DNA of 64,000 bases from Cyanobacteriota bacterium (GTDB lineage: Bacteria > Cyanobacteriota > Cyanobacteriia > PCC-6307 > Cyanobiaceae). Below the pieces are notes generated by a model. It saw nothing but the letters and a program-made list of their open reading frames with translations, had not been told where the DNA came from and ran no database searches. The stretch is taken from NCBI GenBank assembly GCA_035286045.1, contig JAYKIG010000038.1:11810-75809 (forward strand), written 5' to 3'. How positions within the stretch are numbered: position 1 is the stretch's first letter; each line of letters begins with the position of its first letter. The position numbers and the translations under genes are program-made. Shown here piece after piece: positions 43,296 to 51,810 of this stretch.

Positions 43296-44027
43296 ATCAT
43301 TTGCCGAATCCGCCTTGGACGCTTTTGGAAGGGGAGACTGCAGGATCCATAACCTCTGGCCCTCGAGCCAGAACAGACCAATCCGATCATTCGTTACAAG
43401 GAACTGGTGATGGCGGATCGGGAGCTCTTTGCCTTGTGCTCGTTGGAGAGTGAGGGAACGGATCTCAATCGATCGTTCCATCAAAGGGTGGGCCTCAGCC
43501 CAGAGCCTTTCATAGGATTCCTGCTGTGCCGCTGGCAATGCACTCACAGCCTTTGGGTGATCTTCCTGGCCGGTTGATGGTTGTTGACTTGTCATCAGAA
43601 ACAGACGTAAAGCCTGTACGGCGTCAGTCAGATCCTGAGGAACATCCGGGGAAAATGGAGGCGTAGCCACAGCTCCGGTTCTGGGTGCACGTGGCGGTCT
43701 GGCCTTCAAGATCCCAGCCTTGAAAGCGGATCTTAGTTTTGATTTCTGTTTAGCTTCGGCAGGTTTCGCCGGCAGCGGGGCTGGCGGTGGTGGAAGGATG
43801 CTGGCTTTCGGCAAAGGCAGAAGATCCAGAGAGCTGAGCGGGGCCGGCTGACTGGAAAATTGAAGGAGCTCCGGTGTGTTGTCTCTGATTTTCAGACCGC
43901 CAGGCAAGGTCGGTTTGTTTCTCTGAAGCTTCAAATAGGACAGAAAGAGCCCATGACAGACCACAGCACTGATCAGAGCCAGAACCAGGGCAGAGTTTTG
44001 CTTCAGGACGGATGGAATGGTCTTCAT
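43272..44027 (-). CDS. TonB/TolA-like single-pass protein with Pro-rich linker and unrecognised C-terminal domain
   Basis: TM ALISAVVCHGLFL with His, PPPPAPLPAKPAEAK linker; ATG overlaps the upstream stop (ATGA at 44024-44027). Confidence 0.6.
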   Translation of the reverse strand: MKTIPSVLKQNSALVLALISAVVCHGLFLSYLKLQRNKPTLPGGLKIRDNTPELLQFSSQPAPLSSLDLLPLPKASILPPPPAPLPAKPAEAKQKSKLRSAFKAGILKARPPRAPRTGAVATPPFSPDVPQDLTDAVQALRLFLMTSQQPSTGQEDHPKAVSALPAAQQESYERLWAEAHPLMERSIEIRSLTLQRAQGKELPIRHHQFLVTNDRIGLFWLEGQRLWILQSPLPKASKADSANDSQDRPDR

Positions 44028-44407
44028 GGCAACTGCAGTTGCAGAATCCAAACGCGACTCGGTGGGCTGGGCTGCAGACGGGTAAGCATGCGGTGGACGA
44101 CCCCCCAGGGCACCTGGGCATCAGGGATCAACCTCACCACGACTCTCTTCTCCGATGTGGATCGGGCATGGGCCCTTTGCAGAAGCTTCGGAAGGTCTTG
44201 GGCAAGGATGGGCTGATTCCAGAGACGCAAGTCCCCTGTCCGACTGAGATGGATCGTCATGACATCACTCAAGGCTGGTTGGCGGGCGATGGTCTGGGAG
44301 CTGAGGGTGGTCCAGATCCCAAAAGCCACGAGAACAGCATTGAGCAGGCAGAGTCCTAGGGAATCTCGCATCCACGACCGATCACCTGGGCCAATGGGTT
44401 GGATCAT
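44024..44407 (-). CDS. divergent ExbD/TolR-like protein
   Basis: One TM then TIHLSRTGDLRLWNQPI and VRLIPDAQVPWGVV (cf. IRAD..V.YG.VV); ATGA-coupled on both sides. Confidence 0.7.
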   Translation of the reverse strand: MIQPIGPGDRSWMRDSLGLCLLNAVLVAFGIWTTLSSQTIARQPALSDVMTIHLSRTGDLRLWNQPILAQDLPKLLQRAHARSTSEKRVVVRLIPDAQVPWGVVHRMLTRLQPSPPSRVWILQLQLP

Positions 44408-44772
44408 GGGACTGGTCTGGGCCGGGGAATGGGTAGTTCGAGCACAACAGCATTTGGTGCCAATGATCGAAGCCATTGCAAGGAGGTGGTGACTCTTTGC
44501 ATGGGAAGCGCATCCGATGGGAGGTAATGAACCAGGTGGGACTGACCCTGTTCCCTGACCAGAGCGACCAGGTCTGCCTTGGCATGGAAGGTACCGTTCA
44601 CAAACCACTGTCCCGTAATGCTTTCCACAACCCAGAAACCAGGTTGGCGCAGTCCCAAACGGAGTGCTGGCGAAGGTGACGGCTTAGGGCTCACCATCCA
44701 AAGGGGGATGACGGCGACGCTTCCACACACCACAAGGACGACCATCAGCAAGGACTGAAAGGCGAGTGTCAT
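44404..44772 (-). CDS. second, highly divergent ExbD/TolR-like protein
   Basis: One TM, GQWFVNG, VHYLPSDALPMQRV..SLQWL; ATGA-coupled on both sides. Confidence 0.55.
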   Translation of the reverse strand: MTLAFQSLLMVVLVVCGSVAVIPLWMVSPKPSPSPALRLGLRQPGFWVVESITGQWFVNGTFHAKADLVALVREQGQSHLVHYLPSDALPMQRVTTSLQWLRSLAPNAVVLELPIPRPRPVP

Positions 44773-45317
44773 GAACGTGCTGCTGGACCAGCAGGCTGGC
44801 GGTTCAAATCCCGTTGCCAACGGGATCGCTGCCATTGCCGCAGGCCGTTGTTGAGATGGAACATCACGGTGGCCAGAAGGCTGATGCAAAGGCCTAGAGC
44901 CGTGCTGACCAACACCTCACCAAAACCACCTAGGTGGCGTCCTGGAGGGAGAATCAGGTCCGGTCCCATGGTAGACAACAGATGGCTCAAGCCAAAAACC
45001 GTTCCGATCAGGCCCGTCAAGGGAGCGATGACGCTCACTGCCTCTAGGAAAGGCTGGGCAAAACGCATTTCAAGATCCCGTTCCTCCATCCAGCACAAGG
45101 GGGTGGCCCCTCCACGACCTAAGGACTCCAACCATTGATTTCGGATCAGTGTCCTGCGTTTCCACCAGAGAAACCAGAAACGCAAACGCTCAAACGTGAC
45201 AGTGAGGACGGAAATCGAAAGGAAGATCAGCAACCAGCCGACAGGTCCGGCCAGGGCAGTTTTCACACTGATCGACTGAGGTTGCAAAGATTTTATGCAG
45301 CGACCGAAAAAGGGCAT
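44769..45317 (-). CDS. MotA/TolQ/ExbB proton channel family protein
   Basis: GPVGWLL..LS....FERL.FW; IAPLTGLIGTVFGL; GFGEVLVSTALGL; start is ATG 45317 or GTG 45266. Confidence 0.88.
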   Translation of the reverse strand: MPFFGRCIKSLQPQSISVKTALAGPVGWLLIFLSISVLTVTFERLRFWFLWWKRRTLIRNQWLESLGRGGATPLCWMEERDLEMRFAQPFLEAVSVIAPLTGLIGTVFGLSHLLSTMGPDLILPPGRHLGGFGEVLVSTALGLCISLLATVMFHLNNGLRQWQRSRWQRDLNRQPAGPAARS

Positions 45318-45386
45318 GTCGGCGGGCCACTTGACAATCCCAGGAGAGAGCATGCTGATTAGGGTGGTTTCAGCAGAGCGGCCCCC

Positions 45387-46370
45387 ATGGGTGGGATCTT
45401 CAATGACAACAGCCTGACCATCGGTCATACGCCACTGGTGGAGCTTCACCGTGTATCTGACGGTTGCCAGGCAAAGATTCTGGCCAAAATCGAGGGGAGG
45501 AATCCGGCTTACTCAGTGAAATGCCGTATCGGGGCAGCCATGATTTGGCAGGCTGAAAAAGATGGCCTGCTCGGAGCGGGGAAAGAACTGATTGAGCCAA
45601 CCAGTGGCAACACGGGCATTGCGCTTGCTTTTGTGGCCGCTTCAAGAGGAATCCCGCTGACCTTGACCATGCCAGAAACCATGAGCCTGGAGCGCCGAAA
45701 ATTGCTCACAGCCTATGGAGCCCACCTGGTGCTGACGGAGGGGCGCCTGGGAATGGGAGGTGCGATTCACGCTGCCCGCGACATGGCTGAGTCGGAGCCT
45801 GATCGTTATGTGATGTTGCAGCAGTTTGTCAATCCCGCTAATCCCCAGATCCACCATGACACGACAGGTCCTGAAATCTGGAGAGATACCGAGGGTTGCG
45901 TGGATGCTTTTGTTGCAGGGGTCGGGACAGGCGGAACCATCAGCGGTGTGAGCCGATACATCAAGCAAACATTGGGGCAGCCCCTGGTAACCGTCGCCGT
46001 CGAACCTGCTTCCAGCCCTGTCATCAGGCAAACACTCGCTGGGATTCCTCTCCAGCCTGGGCCTCATAAAATCCAGGGGATTGGTGCAGGCTTTGTTCCA
46101 AAGAACTTGGATCTTTCTCTGGTGGATCGGGTGGAACAGGTGAGTGATGAGGAGGCCATCTCTATGGCGAGACGGCTGATCCGCGAAGAAGGTATTCTCG
46201 CGGGGATCTCCTGCGGTGCGGCAACAGCTGTAGCCGTTCGACTGGCGAAGCACGATGAATTCGCTGGCAAAACCATTGTCGTGGTTTTACCGGATACGGG
46301 GGAGAGATATCTCAGCTCCATCCTGTTCGAGGGACTCTTCAGCGAAAGCGGATTGGCTGTGGGTCGATAA
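45387..46370 (+). CDS. cysK: cysteine synthase A
   Basis: [10 protein letters not shown] (PLP Lys), [32 protein letters not shown]. Confidence 0.97.
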   Translation: MGGIFNDNSLTIGHTPLVELHRVSDGCQAKILAKIEGRNPAYSVKCRIGAAMIWQAEKDGLLGAGKELIEPTSGNTGIALAFVAASRGIPLTLTMPETMSLERRKLLTAYGAHLVLTEGRLGMGGAIHAARDMAESEPDRYVMLQQFVNPANPQIHHDTTGPEIWRDTEGCVDAFVAGVGTGGTISGVSRYIKQTLGQPLVTVAVEPASSPVIRQTLAGIPLQPGPHKIQGIGAGFVPKNLDLSLVDRVEQVSDEEAISMARRLIREEGILAGISCGAATAVAVRLAKHDEFAGKTIVVVLPDTGERYLSSILFEGLFSESGLAVGR

Positions 46371-46385
46371 GTCAGAGTCTTCCAT

Positions 46386-46420
46386 GCCAGTCAACCGAGA
46401 TCGGCTCTGAGTTGACTGGC
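46386..46420. terminator. inverted repeat between convergent cysK and glnK
   Basis: GCCAGTCAAC...GTTGACTGGC perfect 10-bp stem; no clear U tract. Confidence 0.55.
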
Positions 46421-46433
46421 TGAGAGAACCCGC

Positions 46434-46790
<357 letters not shown>

Positions 46791-47121
46791 TTAATTAATC
46801 ATTGGATCGTAGACTTCCTCGCCATGGGCGACAAAGTCTAGATCGCGTTCCTCTTCCTCAGATCTAAGTGGCAAGGGTGACGAAGCCGTAGCTGAACAAC
46901 ACCGGCATAAGGAGCGTGTCAGCTCCATCGGTAGGAATTTTGCTGAAAGCTGCCTGAGCGGAACCTGCCATCAGAGGGGCAAGACCTGCACCAGTGGCAA
47001 GCAAAGCAAAAGCCAACCGTCGGAGCTGGGTCTCGCGGAGTCCATCCGCAAATCGCTCCCGCAGACGGTCGAAGGTGTCCAGTGCGGAAGGTCCGCTGAT
47101 GGACGTCTGGCTTCGTGTCAT
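46791..47121 (-). pseudogene. ammonium transporter (amtB) relic with large internal deletions
   Basis: Leader plus GADTLLM (Amt TM1 start), then VLFSYGFVTLAT*, and in another frame PLRSEEEERDLDFVAHGEEVY* (Amt C-terminal motif). Confidence 0.8.
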
Positions 47122-47181
47122 GAAAAAAGAGAACCGCTCAGGTCGACTCCTTCATCTCACAGTGACAACCCCACCCTCCTC

Positions 47182-47197
47182 TGTAACAGAAGAAACA
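47182..47197 (-). promoter_or_regulatory. putative NtcA site upstream of amt relic-glnK
   Basis: TGTA-ACAGAAGA-AACA, one mismatch to TGTA-N8-TACA, 60 nt upstream of the relic's ATG. Confidence 0.55.
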
Positions 47198-47221
47198 TTT
47201 TCTGACGAAAGGTCTGATCAG

Positions 47222-47494
47222 TCAGGAGCATGGATGGCGGATGGTGCGCCACTCCCCATTGGAGGTGCTGACCTCCACTCCAATGCCGATGGCCTCTTGG
47301 CTGGACGAATCCTGCAGGCGCCACCAACGAACGGCTTCAGCCCATGCACCCTCATGGCTCTCATAAAGGTCGTCCAATACGGGATGGGGATTGCCCTGAG
47401 CATCCACCAACCGGTAGACCCGAGGGGAGTGCAACAACGACTCCGAGGGGCCCGACAGACCCAGCAGCCGGGAGGGCAGCACCATCATGATCAT
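47222..47494 (-). CDS. conserved picocyanobacterial small protein
   Basis: YRLVDAQGNPHPVLDDLYES...AWAEA..WW...IGVEVST.NG.WRT pattern. Confidence 0.7.
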   Translation of the reverse strand: MIMMVLPSRLLGLSGPSESLLHSPRVYRLVDAQGNPHPVLDDLYESHEGAWAEAVRWWRLQDSSSQEAIGIGVEVSTSNGEWRTIRHPCS

Positions 47495-47551
47495 TTGTCA
47501 AAATCCACAATGGAGGCAAAGACAGGACGGAAACTGTTACATCTGCAACAC

Positions 47552-47989
47552 TCAGCGGAGGTAGGTGCGAATGTCAGGCCGACACCAGAAGACGAGCGCA
47601 GCTGCGTTGATCAACCAGGTTGCTGGGGCCGCAATCGCAAGGTGGGAGCGCCCAGGCTCCACCATCACCAACCGGACGATTCCGTATGGCAGACAGACGG
47701 CAAGGCTGAGGGAGAGGGCCACGATGGCCAGGATCTGACCCCAATGCCGCCATCGCAACAGGGCGATTGAGGCGATCAGACCTAGAACAGCCGTCGGCAA
47801 GACCCCTGCTGCAGCAATGGTGATATTGGCCGTTCGCCAGAACGGATCTGACAGGACGAATCGGAAAGTTAAAGGGAGGATGAGCAGATTGACCAGAAGT
47901 CCCAGCCAGGCCATGGGCCGATAACCCCTTGGGGGTTGAAGACTCAGCGCATCAGGCGTGGAGGTTGCGCTCTGGAGCTGCATGGTCAT
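47552..47989 (-). CDS. 4-TM membrane protein
   Basis: Four hydrophobic segments; C-terminus FWCRPDIRTYLR. Confidence 0.7.
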   Translation of the reverse strand: MTMQLQSATSTPDALSLQPPRGYRPMAWLGLLVNLLILPLTFRFVLSDPFWRTANITIAAAGVLPTAVLGLIASIALLRWRHWGQILAIVALSLSLAVCLPYGIVRLVMVEPGRSHLAIAAPATWLINAAALVFWCRPDIRTYLR

Positions 47990-48090
47990 CCCGCGTCAGC
48001 GTCATTCGCCCCCATCCTCCTGCGCGAAGGGGCGGAGAGGGGCGTTGGCCTATAAGCCTGTAAGGAAGACACCTATAGGAGCTGACCTCA

Positions 48091-49035
48091 ATGGGATTGG
48101 GCCCCCCAGCAACCTTTCCAGCTCTGCAGAGAGCGGTCCTGCAGACGCTGCAGGTGAATCTGGGCTACACCTGCAATCAGGCTTGCAGCCACTGCCATGT
48201 GGACGCCGGGCCATGGCGACGGGAACAGATGGATGGGGAGACCATTGCCTTGATCCCCGAGGTGCTCCGTGCCCAGCAGCTGCACACGCTTGATCTCACC
48301 GGAGGTGCACCGGAACTTCATCCCCAGTTCCGATCTCTTGTGCAGAAGGCGCGAAGCATGGGCATAGAGGTGATCGACCGTTGCAATCTGACCATCCTGT
48401 TGGAGGAGGGACAGCAAGACCTGGCACCCTTTCTGGCCACCCAGGGGGTCATCATCCTCGCCTCACTTCCGTGTTACGAGGCGGAAAACGTTGATCGCCA
48501 GAGGGGCAACGGGGTGTTTGCCAAAAGTCTGGAGGGGCTGAGGCGACTCAACCAGGAGGGGTATGGAAGGGAGGGATCCGGCTTGGAGCTTCACCTGGTG
48601 TTCAATCCGCTCGGACCCACCATGCCTCCAGCTCAACAAGGTTTGCAGAAGGCCTACAAGGCGGAACTGGCTAAGCAAGGTGTGGTGTTCAACGAGCTCA
48701 AGGTGATGAGCAATATGCCGATTCAGCGGTTTGCAGACCAGCTCGCACGCGACGGATCCCTGGAGGCCTACAAGGAGCTTCTCCGAAATCATCATGTAGC
48801 GGAAAACCTGGAGCATGTGATGTGCCGCACCATGATCAGTGTGGATTGGCAAGGGAGGCTGTACGACTGTGATTTCAACCAGATGTTGGGGCTGGCTTCC
48901 CCCCTTGGTGGGCATCTGAGAGATCTGATTGGAGCAGACGTCACCACTGCACCGATCCGAGTGGCAGACCATTGCTTTGGGTGCACGGCGGGGAATGGCT
49001 CCAGCTGTGGGGGGGCACTACGGGTGACCCCCTAG
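48091..49035 (+). CDS. arsS: ArsS-family radical SAM protein (arsenosugar biosynthesis type)
   Basis: TLQVNLGYTCNQACSHCH (CxxxCxxC), DLTGGAPE, IDRCNLT, ASLPCY, YDCDFNQML, HCFGCTAGNGSSCGG. Confidence 0.9.
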   Translation: MGLGPPATFPALQRAVLQTLQVNLGYTCNQACSHCHVDAGPWRREQMDGETIALIPEVLRAQQLHTLDLTGGAPELHPQFRSLVQKARSMGIEVIDRCNLTILLEEGQQDLAPFLATQGVIILASLPCYEAENVDRQRGNGVFAKSLEGLRRLNQEGYGREGSGLELHLVFNPLGPTMPPAQQGLQKAYKAELAKQGVVFNELKVMSNMPIQRFADQLARDGSLEAYKELLRNHHVAENLEHVMCRTMISVDWQGRLYDCDFNQMLGLASPLGGHLRDLIGADVTTAPIRVADHCFGCTAGNGSSCGGALRVTP

Positions 49036-49039
49036 AGGG

Positions 49040-49258
49040 TCAGCCAAGAGCAGAGGGTTGGCCAACCTGCATGGAGGGTTGCTCGAAGATTCGGCAGCCA
49101 ATCTGGAGGGTTCCCTCATCGAGCAGCCGGCCGATTCTGAGTGCCATGGCCTCCTCCTCCCTGGTAAAGGCGGCCTGCTGGGTGGTGATCCAGTCGATTT
49201 CCTGCTGGGTGATGATCCCGGTGGACAGGGATTCCAGATAGACCTCCCCCAGGTTCAT
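49040..49258 (-). CDS. conserved small picocyanobacterial protein
   Basis: MNLGEVYLESLSTGIITQQEIDW...FTREEEAMALRIGRLLDEG. Confidence 0.75.
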   Translation of the reverse strand: MNLGEVYLESLSTGIITQQEIDWITTQQAAFTREEEAMALRIGRLLDEGTLQIGCRIFEQPSMQVGQPSALG

Positions 49259-49405
49259 GGCTTACTGATGCAAACCTCTTGATGGTATGGGCTGCCCATG
49301 GCGAGGCAAGGAGGGCTTCCGAAACCGACACGGCCTGCATCGTCCATCCGCGAAAGCGCGCTGAATCTTTCGATTCTGTTAAGATTCTAGAGTTGCCAGA
49401 ACGCG

Positions 49406-49576
49406 GTGTACGAGAACCACCCTGTCTTCCAGTCCCTGGAGGCCCAGCTGCAGGCCCTTCGTGATCAATACAGAGCCCAGCCCAGTGAACAGAGCCGTTA
49501 TGCCCTTGTTCGGCATGAGCAGCTCCTGGCCGAATGGGCTCCCCTAGCCTTCAGTGGAATGAAGAATCAAATGTGA
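49406..49576 (+). CDS. small helical protein (56 aa), below ORF-track cutoff
   Basis: Read by hand: GTG-YENHPVFQSLEAQLQALRDQYRAQPSEQSRYALVRHEQLLAEWAPLAFSGMKNQM-TGA; fills an otherwise empty gap. Confidence 0.6.
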   Translation: MYENHPVFQSLEAQLQALRDQYRAQPSEQSRYALVRHEQLLAEWAPLAFSGMKNQM

Positions 49577-49683
49577 CTATTTGTTCTGAGGCTTTGCGAG
49601 GCCCAAGGTCGTCGCCTTAGAACATTTCATACCGACGACGTTGACCCCCCGTCGGACCAGAGCGCCATACCCTGGCAGCTCCG

Positions 49684-49717
49684 GAAAAGCCCTCACAAGC
49701 CCATGTGAGGGCTTTTC
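49684..49717. terminator. bidirectional intrinsic terminator
   Basis: GAAAAGCCCTCACA-AGCCCA-TGTGAGGGCTTTTC, with A and T tracts on both sides, between convergent genes. Confidence 0.8.
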
Positions 49718-49726
49718 TGTGTCGAC

Positions 49727-50743
49727 TCACCACAATTCCAATCTTGGGGGATCCAGATCCAACCGCCAAAGCTGACGCCGGAAGCGGAGAAACTCCTGGC
49801 CCACGATGGCCTCCACGCCAAGCATGGCAAAAACCGGATTCGTAGTGAGAATGGCCTCGTGGACCTGAATCGCTGGGCCCTGCGGACCCATGCCGATGCC
49901 CATCAGCCGTTGCCGCCAAACCTGTTGCTGCCCGCAAACCCCGACCAGACTGGCAGCCTGGCGGGCCCCCAAGGGACGGAGAAGACTCGCGGCTTCCGGG
50001 GTCAGAAACAGGCCTTCCGCACCGGTGTCGATCAGGGCGTCAAAGGGGGTGACAGTGCCATCGGGACCAGATACAGCCCAGATGCCACCGAGAGGAACAT
50101 CCCGTTGCCAAAGCAGGGGAATCACCTGTGGCCGAGGGGTCATCCGCCGACCCCATCGCAGGGCAGGGCCACCGAAGAACACGCTCCCGTTGAGAGGGTC
50201 AACCCCGAAGGGCATCTGTCGGAGTGTGGCGGCACCCAGAACCCCATCGATCCCCGGGGGCAGGGCCACAACAGGAAGAACGAAACCCTCAACCCCCTCG
50301 AGGCGAAAGGATCGATGGGAGTTGTTTGCTGCCCCTAAACGGAGCGCAGGAAGACGGGTTTTTGCGAGGCCGAGTTGGGGACAGCTCTCCCCCCCTCCAG
50401 CCAGGGAAAATCGGTCTGGGGTGAGGGGTCGGCTCTCCAGTCCTAGGCGCCTCACGAGGGCGGGAGTGACCATGGCTGAGGCCGCCCCCGTGTCCAGAAG
50501 CAGACGCACCGGCCCGCGGTCGGAACGGAACGTCAGCACGGGGGTATCCCCGCCTTCCGCTCGCTCCAGGGGTACATGAACCCCGCCCGTCACTCGGCCC
50601 GCGGGGAGCGGCTCGCCCTTCTCCTGAATCAGGGCGCGTGTCCCGGCCGTAGGGCCAGCCAGGAGTTGGCTGCAAGGCAACGTGCTGGCCAACAGAAGCC
50701 AGCACACCCTCAGCGCAAGGACATGCAAAAGACGCACTGTCAT
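49727..50743 (-). CDS. secreted two-domain retropepsin-like aspartyl protease
   Basis: Signal peptide; two catalytic motifs LLDTGA and LIDTGA, each followed by a G-x-L/I-G-type motif (DGVLG, EAIVG). Confidence 0.8.
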   Translation of the reverse strand: MTVRLLHVLALRVCWLLLASTLPCSQLLAGPTAGTRALIQEKGEPLPAGRVTGGVHVPLERAEGGDTPVLTFRSDRGPVRLLLDTGAASAMVTPALVRRLGLESRPLTPDRFSLAGGGESCPQLGLAKTRLPALRLGAANNSHRSFRLEGVEGFVLPVVALPPGIDGVLGAATLRQMPFGVDPLNGSVFFGGPALRWGRRMTPRPQVIPLLWQRDVPLGGIWAVSGPDGTVTPFDALIDTGAEGLFLTPEAASLLRPLGARQAASLVGVCGQQQVWRQRLMGIGMGPQGPAIQVHEAILTTNPVFAMLGVEAIVGQEFLRFRRQLWRLDLDPPRLELW

Positions 50744-50762
50744 CGGGGCATAGATCCGGGGA

Positions 50763-51644
50763 TCACTGCAGGAAGGTCCACCACAGGGGAACAGTCAGCA
50801 TGGCGGCCAACGTGCTGGAGATCACCAGCGCAGAGGCCGCCGGCCCCGATTCCTGACGGGCCTCGGCCATCAGGAGAACGGAGAGAGCCGTCGGGGCGGC
50901 TCCTTGCAACACAAGCGCTTGACGATCCAGGACGGGTATGGCCAGTGCTGTGCCAAGCAACCCAACCAGAGCAGGACTCAGAAGAAGCTTGAAGACCAGT
51001 GCATAGGGCAGACCGGGAGGAACGAGGATGGAGCGCTGACGCAGGCTCAGGCCAAGACGCATCCCCAACACACCAAGGGCGATCACCAGCACCACCCGCC
51101 CGGGCCACCAAAGCACTCCAGCCCATGCGCTCGTCCAGGGGGACAGGTGGATCAGAAGGAAGAGAAGCAGCCCTTGCAAAGCCGGACTGGCCAACAGGGT
51201 GCTCAAATGCCTGGTCTGGCCGCCCTGAGCACCCTGCAACAGCAAAGGCCCAGCAGACCAGGTGATGAATGTTCCTACAACGTCATAGACCACAGCGGTG
51301 GCCATGGCTGGTGGGGGGAGCAGGGCCAGCGCAACAGGCAGCCCCCAGTAGCCAGTGTTGCCAACCGCCGCACCAAGGATCAAGACGGGATCCTTGAACC
51401 GATGACGCACAGGAGCAAGACCCAGCAGAACCCCCAAACTCAGCAAAGGCACCACAACAGCCACGAGGGCCACCTTCAGAAGGCTGAAAGACAGGCTGGA
51501 GCGCAACAGAAGAGCCGCCACGCTCAAGGGCACGCCCCAACGCACCAGGGGCGGGGCCAGCCAACCCGGCAAGACGGGCCATCTCCAGCCGAGCACCATC
51601 CCAGCCAGGAGACAGGGGAGCACATCCAAAAGGAGTGACCCCAT
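50763..51644 (-). CDS. AEC (auxin efflux carrier/malate permease) family transporter
   Basis: GNTGYWGLPVALALL, KLLLSPAL, LQGAAPTA, ST motifs; about 10 TMs. Confidence 0.88.
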   Translation of the reverse strand: MGSLLLDVLPCLLAGMVLGWRWPVLPGWLAPPLVRWGVPLSVAALLLRSSLSFSLLKVALVAVVVPLLSLGVLLGLAPVRHRFKDPVLILGAAVGNTGYWGLPVALALLPPPAMATAVVYDVVGTFITWSAGPLLLQGAQGGQTRHLSTLLASPALQGLLLFLLIHLSPWTSAWAGVLWWPGRVVLVIALGVLGMRLGLSLRQRSILVPPGLPYALVFKLLLSPALVGLLGTALAIPVLDRQALVLQGAAPTALSVLLMAEARQESGPAASALVISSTLAAMLTVPLWWTFLQ

Positions 51645-51679
51645 CCCTTTAGCTCTCGGTGCATCCAGAGTGGCGGTAG

Positions 51680-51810
51680 CACTGCAGAAGTGGACTCGAG
51701 GCAGCGGACTTGTTTACACCGGGGTGGAACACCTGCCGTTGGGACTGACCATGTTTATCCATCATGCTTGAGGCGCGGGAGGCGGGCGTCAGCCCCGGCA
51801 GGTGTGGGAC
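51680..51810 (-). ncRNA. 6S RNA-like structured element (apparently lacking the 5' closing strand)
   Basis: 18-bp bulged stem ACACCTGCCG-GGG-CTGAC / GTCAG-t-CCC-aa-CGGCAGGTGT followed by CACCCCGGTGTAAACAAGTCC; resembles cyanobacterial 6S as I recall it, not verified. Confidence 0.5.

Noticed and set aside
45331-45356. TTGACA upstream of cysK as a sigma70 -35 box
   Set aside because: No acceptable -10 at 16-18 nt spacing; CATGCT lies at 14 nt.
46864-47121. 85-aa ORF as a novel secreted or membrane peptide
   Set aside because: Better explained as fused amtB fragments, given the Amt C-terminal motif in the adjacent frame and the downstream PII.
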